Positions 44,036 through 58,556 of a stretch of DNA of 64,000 nt are shown here, one piece after another. The notes under the pieces are model-generated. The model did no database searches and had not been told where the DNA came from. It saw nothing but the letters and a program-made list of their open reading frames with translations. This DNA comes from Amia ocellicauda (lineage: Eukaryota). The translations under genes were made by a program, and so were the position numbers. Position 1 is the first letter of the stretch, and the number at the start of each line of letters is the position of its first letter. The stretch covers positions 18,979,406-19,043,405 of the forward strand of contig NC_089863.1 of NCBI RefSeq assembly GCF_036373705.1, in the 5' to 3' direction.

Positions 44036-46736
44036 AAACCTGTGTTTTGGATGTGCTGAAGGGGTTACTTGTCACACTTTAAAATAGGGTGGTGTGATTC
44101 AGAAGGAGGCAGACCGTTGCCAGCTGAGTTTTATCACACAGCCTCACACACTGCCCTCGGTTTACTTCCTCATTACCCAACTCCCTTCCTGTGTGAACTC
44201 CCAGCTTTATTCACAAAACCTCTTCGACAGAGACCTGAAGAGAGCTGTATATGAAACCTTATGAACACACACTGACAATCCCTGAATTGTTTCCATAGCA
44301 AACCTGCTGAACTGAAAGGCCTTCTACCCTTTAACTTTCTTCTGAAGAGCTACTACTTTATGAACTGCTATTAATACTATAAATGTTACTGTACATTGTG
44401 GAACCATTACTAAAATACATTTCTTTGCCCTGAATAAAAACTGAAATATTCAAACATTTTCTTATTTTCTTATGGTGTACTCATTGTCTAGTGCTAAAGT
44501 GAAATTTTCACACACCGTTGAAAATCATAGCATTGTATCCCAACAGTTTGTGTTTTTCCTACTTTCATTTTCATTTGATGAAAGTATAGGAGGCTGTCTT
44601 CTCCATTCTCCCAAAGGTTACATATTAACCACTATTCTAAAAAATACTGTTTCAGTTCACATCAAATGATATACACAAAATAAAGTGAATCTATACGTAG
44701 CAATTAAAAAAATATTAAATTTTAATATGTAGAATAAAAATAAATCCCCATTAATAATTCATATATTTTTTAATTCACCTGAACATCGACAAATGTGATG
44801 CAACTTTTGCACAGTTTAAAGTGAATATTTTGCTCTAAGGAGATTTTTTTGGCAGGTGTAAATTTGCTATTTTAGATTAGTGATACACTTTCTGTAGTTT
44901 ATATATATTGCTACATTCAAACCACAAATACTACACAATGTACTCAGAATGGCAGTCTTTAGCTGCTGGTGACCAAGTGTGGGTTCAGTGGCAACTCCAG
45001 GATTCTCAACTTACTGGGGTAACTTAGAAACCTCATTGATGTTACGTAGTTGTCCATCAACCAAAAGGAGTAATCTTCTAAATGATAGTAATGTTTAGAA
45101 AAACTTTAGTCAAGTCTTCCCGATTGGATGTCTCCGCAGTGTTTCGTTATAGTTGAATAACCTATATTGGAATTATTCTCATTAAATTGGGTCCTTGTTT
45201 GCCTATCAATTAAGGGAGTATATTTCTCCATCTCACTCCCTCATCTCTCTTTGCCTCTTTTTGTCCTTTCTCTCTCTCCTGTCTAAACTCTAGTCTGCAA
45301 AAGAACATGATAATACAAAATAAACACCACCAATGACAATATAATTTACAGAAATATAAATGACAAAATTACGTTTCTTTGGGGGAGATTCCACTTTTGA
45401 CATTCCTGTAATAATGATAAAGATGTATTAAAGAAGACCTCCCATTAGTCCGGGAATGTCACAAATGGAACCTCCCCCAAAGAAACACAGGGTTTCCACA
45501 AAACAATTGTAGAAATTCACTTATATGGGACATTTATATAAAAATTGAGTTGAGTGAAAAGCAATCCTGCTTGAATATTTACAGTTTTCTTTACAATAAA
45601 AGATAAATCTCAAATCTAAGTTTATTAATAATGGCTAAATAGTCTACTGTTAACCTTCATCACCCCATTTCACAAGTTCAACAACCTCTAAAATATTTGC
45701 AAGTTAGTAAAAGTGTAGATAATCCATGACTGCATTATAAAAAAATGTATAAAACCTGTTTTTCATAGTATGGCATTCTTTTTCTTGCAAATACAGATAG
45801 AAATAATCCCTGCACACTGTTCAACTCTTTTCCAACTTTCTGGCAGAGGTGTTGTTGGAATTTGCCATTTAATCAGGCTAGTAATTGGACACAGACTGAC
45901 ACTAATATCTGACAGAGCTAGAAAAAGTACCATGTCAAGTTTTCTATGTGTGTTATTGTAATCGTCACCTGAGGCAATTCAATACTGTATTACTTCAATA
46001 AGGTTCTGCTAGTATCCAGATCTGTTAGTATCTAGTAAATAATTTATAAAACTATGAAAGATGAAAATGAATAATTTACAAGCCGAAGTCATATGTTCAG
46101 TTTTATGACAGATATTTAAAATAATGCAATATAATTTTAAATACTGCATTCACTATTAGTTTACTTTACTCCAAACATGGCCTTCCAAAAAAAAAAAAAA
46201 GTGCGACTACACGAGGAAACTAATGATGAGACTAAAATGAAGGTTTTGTAGCAATTATTAAACAACCTTGAACTTGATTTATTATAGCCTACGCCTCGGA
46301 AACGTTCATTTCGACCTACATACTTTTACATTATTATTTCTTTAAGTGGCGAATTGGCGGATAGAGTTTTAAAAGTTTAAAAATACGCAATGTGAGACAT
46401 GTAGGAAGCCTATATATATTTCAGTTAAACGTGAAGGATACGGTTGGTAATTGTCGTGAAGCGGGGGGGTTACCTGGTCACAGAGAAGCCTTGACGCAGT
46501 TGCACATCTGGCTCTTTCTTGCCGCTGGAGTAAGGTGGGTGCAGTTACACCTCTATTCCGATATAAGGAAGGATCTGAAGAAAATGTATTACAAAAAGTT
46601 TGAAGAACACACCATCTGTGGGATAAGGGAGCGCAGTCTGTACATTGCTGTTTCTACAATGCTAGTTCCTTGTTAGTCTCTTTTTTGTCTCCTGTTTCAT
46701 CCACTGATGAACTCATATGGTTTCTCAATATCTGAA

Positions 46737-46758
46737 TCCCCCCCCCCCCCCCCCCCAG
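46737..46758. repeat. Poly-C homopolymer (about 20 nt)
   Basis: ccccccccccccccccccc. Confidence 0.9.
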
Positions 46759-47887
46759 CCGGGACGGATTTAGAAATTGGAAAAACCATAATAGGCGTAG
46801 GCAACATCAGTGGAAGAAACAGTAAACAAATGCATACAAAAAAGAACTGTAGCCTATTGTTTTGCATGGACGGTGTTTTATTAAACTGGTGTATTTAATA
46901 TTGTTTTACTTTTACTGGGCAAAGCAGACTATGAATCACCAGCAAGTGTTTACATCGTCTGGGGGAAACGATTGCGATGACAAACGGCCGAAAAATGTGA
47001 ATCTGAACCGCAACGACATATTTGTTACACTTTCCAAATTAACAACGAGGTAAAAACACACAAGAAAACGAATGATCGCGAACCGCAACCGTGATCCGTC
47101 ACCCCATTATCAACCCTGACCGCCTACCTTTATATCCAACTGCGATGAAGCGCTGAGGTACTAATCGTGTCATTCCTGTGGTTCATACATTCCCGTTCCT
47201 CGGTAGCATGATATTTGCATGTTTGATCCACAGACATCAATTGTATCGCATTATAGCAGAAGTACAAAAGCCACGTTTGCAACAGGGAATTTTAAACCCG
47301 CCTTTCTGGATTTCCGTAGTTGCATCACTGGGACTATGCCACTGAATTTAAGATGAACCCTGGACACGTTGTAACCATGCTTAGAGGTGGGTTCCTAGGA
47401 CAAAATCACACGCTGTGCTCTGGTGTGAAAGGGATCTGCCCTTTATTCAGTGGCGTGTCCAGGAAATGTTGAATGGCGTGGCCGAGGTGGGCACAGACCC
47501 AATTTATGGGGGCCGTCCATAATCGATGCTTTCAAAGCCAGTGTGAATGGAGAGCAATAGGACAAAAGCAGGCTACCGTAGCCTGCATTTGGGTGGCATT
47601 TCAGTGTGGAAGGGGCTTTTGACGCGGGCAGCCACAGTGACTCAAACAGTCTTTCTGGCTCCGTGCTCTCACACACTGCGTGAAAGTGTACACCAGGGAT
47701 GGCGAGCCTGTGGCACCGTGCCCAGAGTGGCACGCAGAGCCGTATAGGTTGGCACGCCAAGTGAGCGACTATCTGCGTTTGCCAGCCCACCCCTCAATTG
47801 TCTAAATTGATTGGCACTTTATGAAAACCAGTCAGTATATTTGGGAGTGACGGCACCGCCCACAAGTCATTTTCTGAATATTCATAT

Positions 47888-48050
47888 CTTAGGTTGGGTT
47901 CTTGTGCGCAGATTTTCGCAGTTATGCGCAGAACTGCAGAATCCTGCGTTTCCATTGGTGGAGCTGCGCAGATCGGCGCAGAACTGCGAAAATCTGCACT
48001 TCACGGACGAGGTGTTAGTGTTATGATGACTATGCTGCGGTGCGGCGCTG
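47888..48050 (-). repeat. Second copy of the CCAAT-core hairpin element
   Basis: See 29540-29700. Confidence 0.7.
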
Positions 48051-49589
48051 TGGGACCGGGAGGAAGAGGACAAACTGTGAGTCTGAGCTGTTGTGATGAA
48101 TTGTGTCAGCAATGGACGGGTTTGTTGAACACGCTTGTGGAAAGCATTTTGTTAACCGTTATCTCCTGTATCAAATGGAGAAATGGCCACAAGCATTCAT
48201 ATTTAACACTCCAGCAATTTAAAAACTTAAATTTACTTTTTGTAAATTCTCAAAAATAAAGAAATTGTGCTCACGGTAGATTGATACCACTGCATTATGT
48301 TTTGTCTTAAAACATGTGCCACAAGATGTATATTAATCTACCCGTTTTAGTTATTTTACAAAATGTAAAAGCAGTAGATATTAAGTAAATATACGTTGAA
48401 AAAAAACTAAGGCACATTGGTAATGATTGAGTGCAAGTGCAAACAAAACACAAAACAATATGTATAAGGGTTACTAATGCAGCCAAATGAACAAACCTCT
48501 TCTTCTTGTATGTAACGGCAGGGCAATGAGGGAATCTGTGGGACTTTGCTTTGGGGGTAGATTGTGATTTTAATGGGGTTTTTAAATGTACTTTAGCATT
48601 ATAATCCTCAAACTTAATGCGTGATTAAATGTGATTCATGCATTTTACTGCACTGTAGCAATATTGAAACATTTAAATTATGTATTAATGATATAATTCA
48701 TTTATTATTTTATTATTAGGGATAAGGGGGTGGGTTCAAGGTGGTGGGGGGGGGTTGGCAGTGGATGCAGGTGGCGTGTGTGTGCATGGGATGGTTCTAT
48801 CTGTCCATAGTTTTTAGATTTTTCTGTATTGTGGTTTGTTTTGTTGGCATTTTTGATTAATAACTTAAATTACAACAAAAAAATAAATATAAATATTGGT
48901 TAATTAGCCCCTGTATAAACTTTGATATACCTAATTTGTCATTGGCACCCTTTGTAACTTAGCAAAGTATACAAACCAGACTTTAGGCACTCCAGTGAAA
49001 AAAGGTTCACCGTGCCTGGTTTACACTGTCTGTGCCTGCATACAAAAAAAAAGAAAAAAAGAATCTCAGAACTAGGAATCACGCTAAAAGTTCGTTTTAC
49101 ACATAATTTTAGTTGGGATTATGAATTTTTAAACGTTTAAGATTTAAGTTAAATATATCAGTTAAATATCTAACAAAATACATATTTAGCTTTAACATTG
49201 TTTAGTTTAAATCTAAATGTTCAATCAAAATATACATGTTTAATATACCTTTACACTGCTTTGTAAATGTTTGTTAGATACAGGTATATATACAGTTATT
49301 CAAGTCTATGTTAAATAGTAGGGTGCCTAAGCCCCACCCGCAGAAATCTGTGCAGAATCGCGCATCTGAAAAGTTGCTGTGGCAGGCGAGCTGAGGCTGT
49401 GAGACAGATGCAGATCATGAGGGACCTGTTAAGCACCCCAGACTCACTAGAGAAACGTCAACCAGTTAACGTTTAGACACTGCAGTATTTTCTGCTGGAA
49501 AAACTTTACCAACTACTCAACTAAATGCAATTAGACATATCATAATGTATAAATACAATATGATATCAAATAAAAGTAAACGTGGTCCT

Positions 49590-49830
49590 ATCTCTTCCAC
49601 CCCACCAAGATGGCGTTTCTGTGAATGCGCTATGATGACGTCAGGCTGTAGAAACCGCTCTACTTTTGTGCTGAGCAGATAAGGGGCGGAGTTTGTGCTT
49701 CAGTTCAAACCGAGGGAAACAAGTAGAAGCAGCAGCTGCGAGCAGCGGAGTAGCGGTTTCACTTTCTACTCAACACGGACTCACACAGTACTGACCCGCA
49801 CTGAGTAACTACTCACCTCTTACACACAGC
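49590..49830 (+). promoter_or_regulatory. Promoter / 5' UTR of the zinc-finger gene: YY1-like AAGATGGCG, CRE TGACGTCA, GC box GGGGCGG
   Basis: ccaagatggcgtttc (49596-49610), tgatgacgtcagg (49633-49645), aaggggcggag (49681-49691). It lies about 150-240 bp upstream of the ATG at 49831. Confidence 0.55.
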
Positions 49831-52800
49831 ATGTCGGTGTCCGCGGCTCTGAGCGGCCGCCTGTCCTCGGCGCTGGCCGAGCTGATGAGAGCCGCCCTGT
49901 GTGAGATCTGGAAGGCGGTGGAAGAGACGGTGTCGGAGTCCCGGGTGGAAATAACCCGCAGACAGAGAGAAAACGAGGCGCTGAGGCGGAGGCTGCAGGA
50001 GCTCATGGTGGCGGGGGAGGCGGCTGTGTGTCACTGGAGCTCCGGAGCGGACGGGCCGCCTGTGCAGAGCCGAGGAGCCGGGAGGAGAGAGTGGAGCTGC
50101 GGCCGGACGGAGGGGGAGGCCCGGGCCGCCGGCGCTGGTAACATTTATTTAGTAGTGTGTGTGTTGTAAGGGTAGTTCAAAAATCCACAACCTTAGTCCA
50201 ATAAAGATTTGAAGGGGGTGGTCTAGTAGTAGTAGTATTATTATGTATTCTTATTATGATTATGATTATGAGGAAGGCTCCCGGAGAGAGAAGGATACAC
50301 ACAACGGCAATCCTTAGGCTGTATAACTCATTGCTACAGTACAGGTGAACCGCGCAGTTGCTGTCATTGCCTATTTTCGCGGCTGCGTTTTCTACGGCGG
50401 TAGATATATGATGAAAGCTATCGTTGTGTAGAGATACTGTATGGAAGCATATATTGGACTTTATTCAAATGCTAATGCAAAATGGAACATGATTATGCAA
50501 TCCCACAATTGCATAATCATGCCCCATTTATGCAGGCATTATTTGGGACAAAGTGCAAATGCAATAATACAATTTGCATTTTATTATACGAGTAGACTAT
50601 GCATATGCTCTGACAGTATTAAAATGCAAAAGCCAATTAAAATGGCATTTTCAAAGACTTTCCCCACTTCATGATTGACTTTATTCATATGATAATGCAA
50701 AATGGAATATGATTATGCAGATTATCCCACAATTGCATAATCATTTTCCATGTATGCACGTATTATTTGGGACTAAATATTCATGCATGTTCAACCCCGC
50801 TTCATAATGGATTTTATAGTCCCCGCAGAAACTGCCGACATTTTTCTTAAATTCTGCGATTTAAAAATGTATTTTCTGCAGTGATTGAGATCCGATTATT
50901 TTTTCCGTGTAATTCTATGAACAGTTAAAATGCATAAACTGAGAGGATGATGTCTAATTTAACTGGTATACAATTTCCATGTGTCAAAAATCAACATGCA
51001 ACTCTATGATTGCCAATTTGAATGCCAATGCTTACATATTTTAAAATAATTTGATTTAAAAATGCATACAATTACATGAACTGTATGCAAGGGACCCCCC
51101 CCATGCTCAATGTGGAGAAACAAAATTATGTGGGAACACAAAGGAGTGCTGCAAAAATGTATTAATTCCAGTAGTAGCATTGCAGTATAGCAGGATGCAC
51201 CAAAGATTACAGTCAACAAAAATAAGTCAAAACAAACATATATATATGCAAACAACAACTCAGGACTCTAAATGTAACTGAAAATACTTTCAGCTAAACA
51301 GATACATACTTCAGTCTTAACTGAAACCTAGGTGGTGTGTGTACAGGAGGAAGTCTAATTAAGCATCCAGCCCCCTTATGTTGGTGCTGGCAGGCTGACT
51401 CCTCACATAGTGGAAACCAGTGGTTCTCAAACCTGTCCTTTAAAAACAATAAAAGTATTAAATTCCCCCGATAACCCATATTCAACTCTACTCCCCCCAT
51501 AGATATAAACTTGTCCTCGCCTGCCCCTTTAAATATAATACCATTGGTGGTGTTAAAATGGTGATGCACACAGACCAGACAAGTAAACTCATAATGTAAA
51601 CACCCCAAAAAATAAAGGAATATAAATGGAAACATGGTGTTGTTTGTACCAGATTGAACAAAATCTTTAAGGGGAACTCCACTGAAAATCCATATTTTCT
51701 CAGATTATTCTATGAATAGGAACCTGTTCCGTGGAGTGAGTTTTTCATGTCCAGCTCATTCAATGTACCAGAAATCAGAGATCGAGAAATATGCTGTGAC
51801 GTCACTGGGGTGCTATCTCTGGAGCTGCTTTGCTGGAAGTCAAAGGAGAAAATCAGAAAAGTCATGAAATTCATAACAAAATAAATTTGTATGCACGTTC
51901 GATGGCCTCTTCACACTATTTTTCCAAAAGATCCACCTGTTTGTAGTACTAAAACCCAGAACTTTTGCTATAATTTTACATGATTATCTTATTCCAGGCA
52001 CTGCCATGCAAACTACAATTATTTTATCTGGGTGGGGGGAAGGTGGTAGTTTTGCAATATAGTGCGTCTAATCATGATCAACAATGCAGAAACTGATTCT
52101 GTAGTTTGTATGCTTTCATTTGAGTTTTCCCACATGCCTGTGGCCCATATAATGGAGAAACGGCATGTATTTTGTGGGACAAATTTTTGTAAAACTTTTC
52201 CACATAGGCTAGGTTCTTTCAAATGCATTTTTATCCCCTTCATTTCTAATGCTTTTGTCACGCAACAACTTCTACAAGTTTCAATTTGAGTGGTATTTCT
52301 ACATAAAATGTTAATATCAAGATTTCCCATAGACATTAATAGAGGAAAAAGGTTAGAAAGGTCAAAATATAATATGTAATCTAGTTTGTCTAATCATGAT
52401 GAACTATGCATAATATTATACCACAGTTTGTCTAGTTTCATTTGATATGTGTCACATACCTGTACTCCTTATAATGTCCATATTAAATACTTGAGTGTCT
52501 AAGAAGTTCCAACCAGGTGAAAATGGGGCTGAGTGTAAAGGGTTAATCTGCTATTACTGTCATAGGAGGGACAAAACTACATAGCTTAACTTTGTCAACA
52601 TGATCAGTGACCCATAGAGAGGTTTAAAATAGAGAGTTTTTTTTTTTTGGACCAAATGGCGTTCAAAAGTAAAGTTGGAAATGTATCAGTTAAACAGAGA
52701 AGGCGGGAGTGCACAGATCTTCACGAGGACGGCAGCAAGTTATATTTTACTGTCTGTAACAAAGTCCTTGACCACACATTGAAGTCAACAGAAGCGGAAG

Positions 52801-55363
52801 TCCTGCAGCGCTGGTTCCTCCAGCCTGAACTCATTTTAAAATGCTAGGGGACCTTGACAACCGCCATATATAAAATAGTGGCTTCTGAAGAGAGAGAAAA
52901 TGTAGATAGTGTGCCATGAGTACACACACACACACACACAGCTAACTAACATTAACATGTTAACAAATGCAAACTGATTGTCTAACTTGGCTAAATCATT
53001 ATCAGTTTGTTACAGTTAATGCTGAGTATGTCTGATTCCAAGCATCGCTCTGTAGACGTATAAAGCCTTAAGTCTCAGTCTAATAAAAAATAATCTTTGT
53101 TACACTGGTATTTACAAACAGTGTCCACAATACATGCATTAGAGAGATTAACATTTGGATTGTTTTATTATGCTCACAATAGTCCTCTTGTATATTTTAT
53201 GGACTATTGTCTAATAGACACTTGATTTGATTAAGAAAATGCTTTTTTAATAGACAATTTAATGTTTTTAATTTACAGTAATGCTATCTAAAGGAATGTA
53301 TGTTATGCATTTATAGTTCATGTAATTGTATGCATTTTAAAATCAGATTATTTTATTCTATTGATTTTCATAGTGATTTGTCATGACAAATTGGATTTAT
53401 CTACCTGGGCCACATGAACGCTAATACATACAGCAGGTACCATGTGCTAGCAAGTCTTTCTGTGCAAGATATCTCCAGTCCAGCAGGATATGAGCTGCTA
53501 CTGCCACGTCATAACTTTTTCTTTTACTTTGTTGGCAAGCCACTTTGCAATGAATGCAATGAAATTTGGGAAAAGGATTTCAAATTAAAAGATAAACTTG
53601 AATGTTATCTGGCCCTAATAGGAATATAAAATGTGCAGAATACTTAAAAATCAAAAACTCAAAAGAAAGGCAAACATTGACAAGGTACCACATCCTGGCG
53701 ATTGAAACGGGCTGACACAGACGGTCCTGGGTTGCCAGAGAGGAGCGGCTGTGTGGCCCCTGTGAGCAGGGAGAGATCAAAACAGAGACGCACTTCCTGC
53801 TGTCCTGCTCGAAATACACAGATATATGAAAATAACACACACCCCCAAGTTTCTGAACCATTAAGTTTTGAATTCTTACAGGATAATGTGTTATTACAAC
53901 AATCTGTTTAAGGAACAATCAATACATAGGTAATGTGATTGATTTATTTTCTTGATGACTTTAGTGTACTTTCGCATTACAGCCATGTTGTTGCTGAACA
54001 TGTGGACTGTGAAACTCCCTCATCACTCTTATAGGTGTGATTAAGTTGATTTTGTAAACGTCTTTCTCCCCTCCCTTCACGATGACAATATTTTTGGTAT
54101 AGATAGATGCTGTTCTCCTGTCTTGTCTCTCCCCCAGGAACTCTCCCTGACTCTGGGGAAAGGGCTCCCATTGAGCAGCAGCACTGTGAGCAGGAGTGGA
54201 GCACCAGTCTGAGGCAGGACACAGAGCCCACAGCTACTGAAGACAACCAAGGACTGACTGAGCAGCACAGGAGCAGACAGAGTGAGAAGGAGTTCAGGGG
54301 ACTTGAGTCTGGCCACAAGACAGAGCCACAGACTGAGGATTTAACACTGGGACTCGGGGTACTGGGATCTGAGTGCGGACCCAGTGCAGCTAGTGCCGAG
54401 CTTTGCTCTACTGCAACACAGCCTGAACCCAGTGTGGCATCTGATCACATTAAAACGGAGGACAATGAATTGGAGTTAGACGCACATACTCTTCTGAAAG
54501 ATGAGCTCTATAATGTTAGACTGGAGAACATTATAGGAGGTTTCAGTAACCTGGAACCTGAACTCTGTGTAGATAGACTGAGAGAAACAGAATCCGTTGC
54601 CTTGAGGACAGGGCTGAGTGGAGGGAGTGATAGATGTGTGAAGGGTGAGAGCCCAGCTGTGTGTAGACAGCTGTGTCCTAGACTCTGCAGCTCCCACACT
54701 TCCCCCTCAGAACAAGCTCAAAAAGATCAAAGCTCCCATTGCTGCCCCAATTGTGGGAAGACTTTTGATAAGTTTGGAAGCCTTAAAGAACACCTGTGCA
54801 GTCATACACAAAAAGGACGGTATTGTTGCTCCCAGTGTGGGAAGAGCTTCAGCCATGCAGGGAACCTTAAATGTCACCAGCGCATTCACACAGGAGAGAA
54901 ACCTTACTGCTGTTCTCAGTGTGGGAAAACCTTCACTCATGCATGGGGTCTTCGGTCACACCAGCGGGTTCACACAGGAGAAAAAAAATACTGCTGCCCC
55001 CAGTGTGGGAAGAGCTTCCGGCATATAGGAAACCTTAAATGTCACCAGCGCATTCACACAGGAGAGAAACCTCACTGTTGCACCCAGTGTGGGAAGACTT
55101 TCACTCATGCATGGGGTCTTCGGTCACATCAGCGGGTTCACACAGGAGAAAAAACATACTGCTGCCCCCAGTGTGGGAAGAGTTTCCGTCATATAGGGAA
55201 CCTTAAATGTCACCAGCGTATTCATACAGGAGAGAAACCATTCTGTTGCACCCAATGTGGGAAGAGATTTGGTCGTGCATGGGGCCTTCGGTCTCACCAG
55301 CGGGTTCATACGGGAGAAAAAAATACTGTTGCTCCCAGCATGGGAAGAGCTTCACTCAGTTAG
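49831..55363 (+). CDS. C2H2 zinc-finger protein gene with a fish-type (FiNZ-like) N-terminal domain; two coding exons, 49831-50137 and 54138-55363
   Basis: Exon 1: [66 protein letters not shown]...AAGAG, with donor GCT G|gtaaca (phase 1). Exon 2: acceptor tctcccccag|GAACT (phase 1, in frame), encoding [15 protein letters not shown]..., an acidic/Ser linker, then 7 tandem C2H2 fingers ([48 protein letters not shown], and so on, with TGEKxY linkers). The last finger is disrupted by a frameshift ([16 protein letters not shown]; another frame reads [22 protein letters not shown]). Stop at 55361-55363. Confidence 0.75.
50440..50800. repeat. Tandem duplication of a roughly 200-250-bp AT-rich unit in the zinc-finger gene intron
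   Basis: ttgactttattcaaatgctaatgcaaaatggaacatgattatgcaatcccacaattgcataatcatgcccca is repeated at 50680-50760 (gattgactttattcatatgataatgcaaaatggaatatgattatgcagattatcccacaattgcataatcatt). Confidence 0.8.
53690..53830 (+). mobile_element. L2-type LINE fragment (C..C...E..HFLL.C..Y motif)
   Basis: Translation [29 protein letters not shown]. Confidence 0.45.
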
Positions 55364-57175
55364 GAGGCCTTAAATCACAGTAGAGAGATCACACAACGAA
55401 AGTTTTCAATCAACTTCTTAGTTACTTCATTAAAACCTTAATCCTTTCATATGCACCACTGGTGCATCCACTGTTGACTGGTCCCCAGAGAGTACTGCTG
55501 TATCAGAACATTTGCATTGTTATACGTGAAGAAACGTATGGTCTGTCTCTCTGTGTTTGGTTTTCTCTTCTCCCTCTCTTCAGTCTGCTTCCTTTTCTTC
55601 CTATACATTTTTCTTTGGAAACGCAGTCCAAAATGTGCAGAGTGTTCTGCAGGGGCTGTAGGAAGAGATCAGAGGTTTTGCAATGATTGAGGACAGCCCT
55701 GGAATCAGTAATAATTAAAATTACAATTGTGTTATTCAGATTAATTACATTTATATTGTAAAATTACAATGACCAGAAAGCAGAAGGCTGGTTTCATGTT
55801 ATCAGTGTTATCTCTGATTATGGAGTCAACTTTGTGTCTGATTTTGTCATTTTGCTCTCTCTTGAGCAGCACTATGTTCCCTAGTGCAGGACACAGTGAA
55901 GCACCTGCACTGTAAAAGCGATGTTGGGTGTGTTCACTGTGCGTGCTCATGCCTGCCACCAATCCCTTAAAAGCTCCTCATTCTCTTAAATCTAATAGGA
56001 CAGTAATAAAATACACCTACCTGCCTGACTGCTGGTGTGGCACCTGCCTTTAACGTGGTAAATATTCACACTCAATCTACTGCAACAGGTGGCAAGCTGT
56101 GTGAAGCATGAATCTGCTCAGGGCATGTTATTACAGGGTCTTGGCTGCCCTTGACTGAGATTTCCCAGGTTACTGTGTTCTGCTATGTTTCTTTATTTAG
56201 TATTACTTTAAGTTATTGATCAACAGCACTGGTACAATATGACCGATTGCTATTTCTCTTATGTTTATGGTTGAAAATAAGTTTTCTAATTAATTATGAT
56301 GTTTTGTTTATTCGTTAAATTATTCACCTTTTTCTCAGCAAAATAAAATGTTTTTTTCCCTTACCTCTGCTGCCGTTCTTGTAGTTGGGCCTATGAATAA
56401 GCTCTTATACAGCAAGGTAATTGCCTGTATGTTGGTATAGCAAGCAGCAACAAATACATTCAACAAATAGCATGCTTTAAAAACAAACAATGTACACCAA
56501 TCAGCCATAACATTGTTATTCGCTTCATCTGTCAGTGGTCATACTGATAATCTCGTTATCATGGCACCTGTCAGTGGGTGGGATATATTAGGCAGCAAGT
56601 GAACATTTTGTCCTCAAAGTTGATGTGTTAGAAGCAGGAAAAATGGGCAGCGTAAGGATCTGAGCGACTTTGTTTATTATCCATAGTCTTGTTTTGCAAA
56701 GCCCACACCCCAGGCACTGACTTACAGATTTGACCCCACGTATGATCAGGCCATTCCAGGGACAGACTGGGACTAAACAACAGTGCTGGACTTTAACCCA
56801 GACTGGCTCATCACAACCAGCCTATGGATACTTCACCTCCCCACCGATGCACGCACGTTCACACACCAGCCCCTAATACCAGCACCGAGCTGCATCACAG
56901 CTATTCTTGTACGCTAAAGCTGAGGGGACCCCAGTCTACATTGTTCTATGGAATATGGGATACCAGTCTATACTGTGTATATATGAAAATGTAATGTGTA
57001 TCAGTATCTTTCATAATTTATTCTTAGGCTATATTATAATAATTAATATAATTGAGCAAATAAATGAATTAATGAACATAACTGTAAAGAGGAAGACATT
57101 TAAATGTCTATTCCATGTTATCTACAGTACCATCCTTAAATAAGGCAGTGAATAATTTACTGTTGAGCACCATGT

Positions 57176-57943
57176 AGGGGTGTAACGATTTCGATTCTAG
57201 TTTGAAAATTTAAAATTATTAGGTTCTATTTCGAACTGTGAAAATATTCAGATTTTTTGTTATTTTTACATTATATTTACATAAAAGTTGTTTTAATAAA
57301 CAACTAATATTTATGAAACAGGGCCAATAGTCTTAACAGCAGTGTAATCAGCACTGAAAAAAAATTTAGATCATCGAAAATACTATTTTATTGGTATAAG
57401 TATTTTACATTTCAATAATAAAAACAATAAAAACTAATTTTAATACTTATGATGAAAAAAAAATAAAATCAATTCTTAAAATCACTTAAATTTTTTTAAA
57501 TCTTAGTGATTAACATAAACAAAATACATGAACTTCAAATAAACAAGTGCATAAAACAATAAAACAAACTTGTGATTAAAGCAAAACTGCAAACCAACAA
57601 AAAAGGTCAAATACATTGAAATTAACTGAAAATGCACCGGAAAAAGCAAAAAACAAATAAAAAAGATAAAAATAAAAAACAAACCAAAACAGTCCGATGC
57701 ATTTAAAATCAAAATCCTAACGGCCAATGTATTTGACAAAAGAAAAAAACAGAACAAAACTAACCAAAAAACCCAAACAACTAGTGCTTTAAAAACAACT
57801 AAATCTTTAAAAACAGTTAAAATTCGATTTTTAAAAGTCATTTTTTTAAAAAACAATCTTTTTTTTTTTAATCGAGTCGAATCGTGACCTAAAAATCGAA
57901 AGTGAAATCGAATCGAGGATTTGGAGAATCGTTACACCCCTAG
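57176..57943. mobile_element. AT-rich MITE (about 770 bp) with TIR ggggtgtaacgattc, nested in the Tc1-like element
   Basis: 57176 ggtgtaacgatttcgattct ... 57925 cgaatcgaggatttggagaatcgttacacccc. Confidence 0.6.
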
Positions 57944-57959
57944 CACCATGTGTTCTCCT

Positions 57960-58235
57960 AGGACAGGGGTTCTCAACTGAGCTCTCAATTACTTAATTGA
58001 ACCCTTAATTTAACTAATAATGTCCTAAATCTCAGCCTTTAAATTATTTTAAATATTACAGATTTGAAATGAAGTATAGAATTGTGTAAATAACTTATTA
58101 AAGAACCAGATTTTTCATACACATTTTTAAAAGTCAAATCAAAGCCAATTGTTAATTCAATTAAGGTTCAATTAAGTAACTGAGCGCTCGGTTGGTACAA
58201 AAACCAGCAGGGAAGGGGATCCTCCAGGACCAGGT
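57960..58235. mobile_element. Second small MITE-like palindromic element
   Basis: caggggttctcaactgagctctcaattacttaattgaaccc ... ggttcaattaagtaactgagcgctcggttggtacaaaaaccagcagggaaggggatcctccaggaccaggtttgggaaatccggtcctagg, with inverted ends. Confidence 0.5.
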
Positions 58236-58556
58236 TTGGGAAATCCGGTCCTAGGATATATAACAACTTATATATATATAATTTCCATAGATATAAAATG
58301 CAACAGAAATGAGTGCGGTTTCTTCTGCCTTTGCGGTTTAACAGGATTGTTGGTAAAATGGCACAAATATTTAATACATAAAAAATACAATTTGTCCAAT
58401 CAATGTCAGTTAAAATATTAATTAAAATATTCCAAACTACACAATTAGTGACAATATTGAATCTGGTTAAACTAATTCTGCAACAATTCACCTTGTCACA
58501 TTAAAATCACGAGACCTTTTAATACTTATTGACTGCTTTTATATCGTGCCTGCGAT

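Noticed and set aside
43713-44087. 124-aa Ser-rich ORF and overlapping ORFs on both strands
   Set aside because: Translation of an imperfect (AGT/AGC)n trinucleotide repeat.
46392-46676. 94-aa ORF with possible donor ccgctggagtaag|gtgggtg
   Set aside because: No recognisable domain, AT-rich surroundings, and a single weak splice signal. It was left unannotated.
54107-54137. ATG at 54107 as the start codon of the zinc-finger ORF
   Set aside because: The ATG lies inside the polypyrimidine tract of the acceptor (tctcccccag at 54128-54137). The in-phase join to the exon-1 donor at 50137 is a better model.
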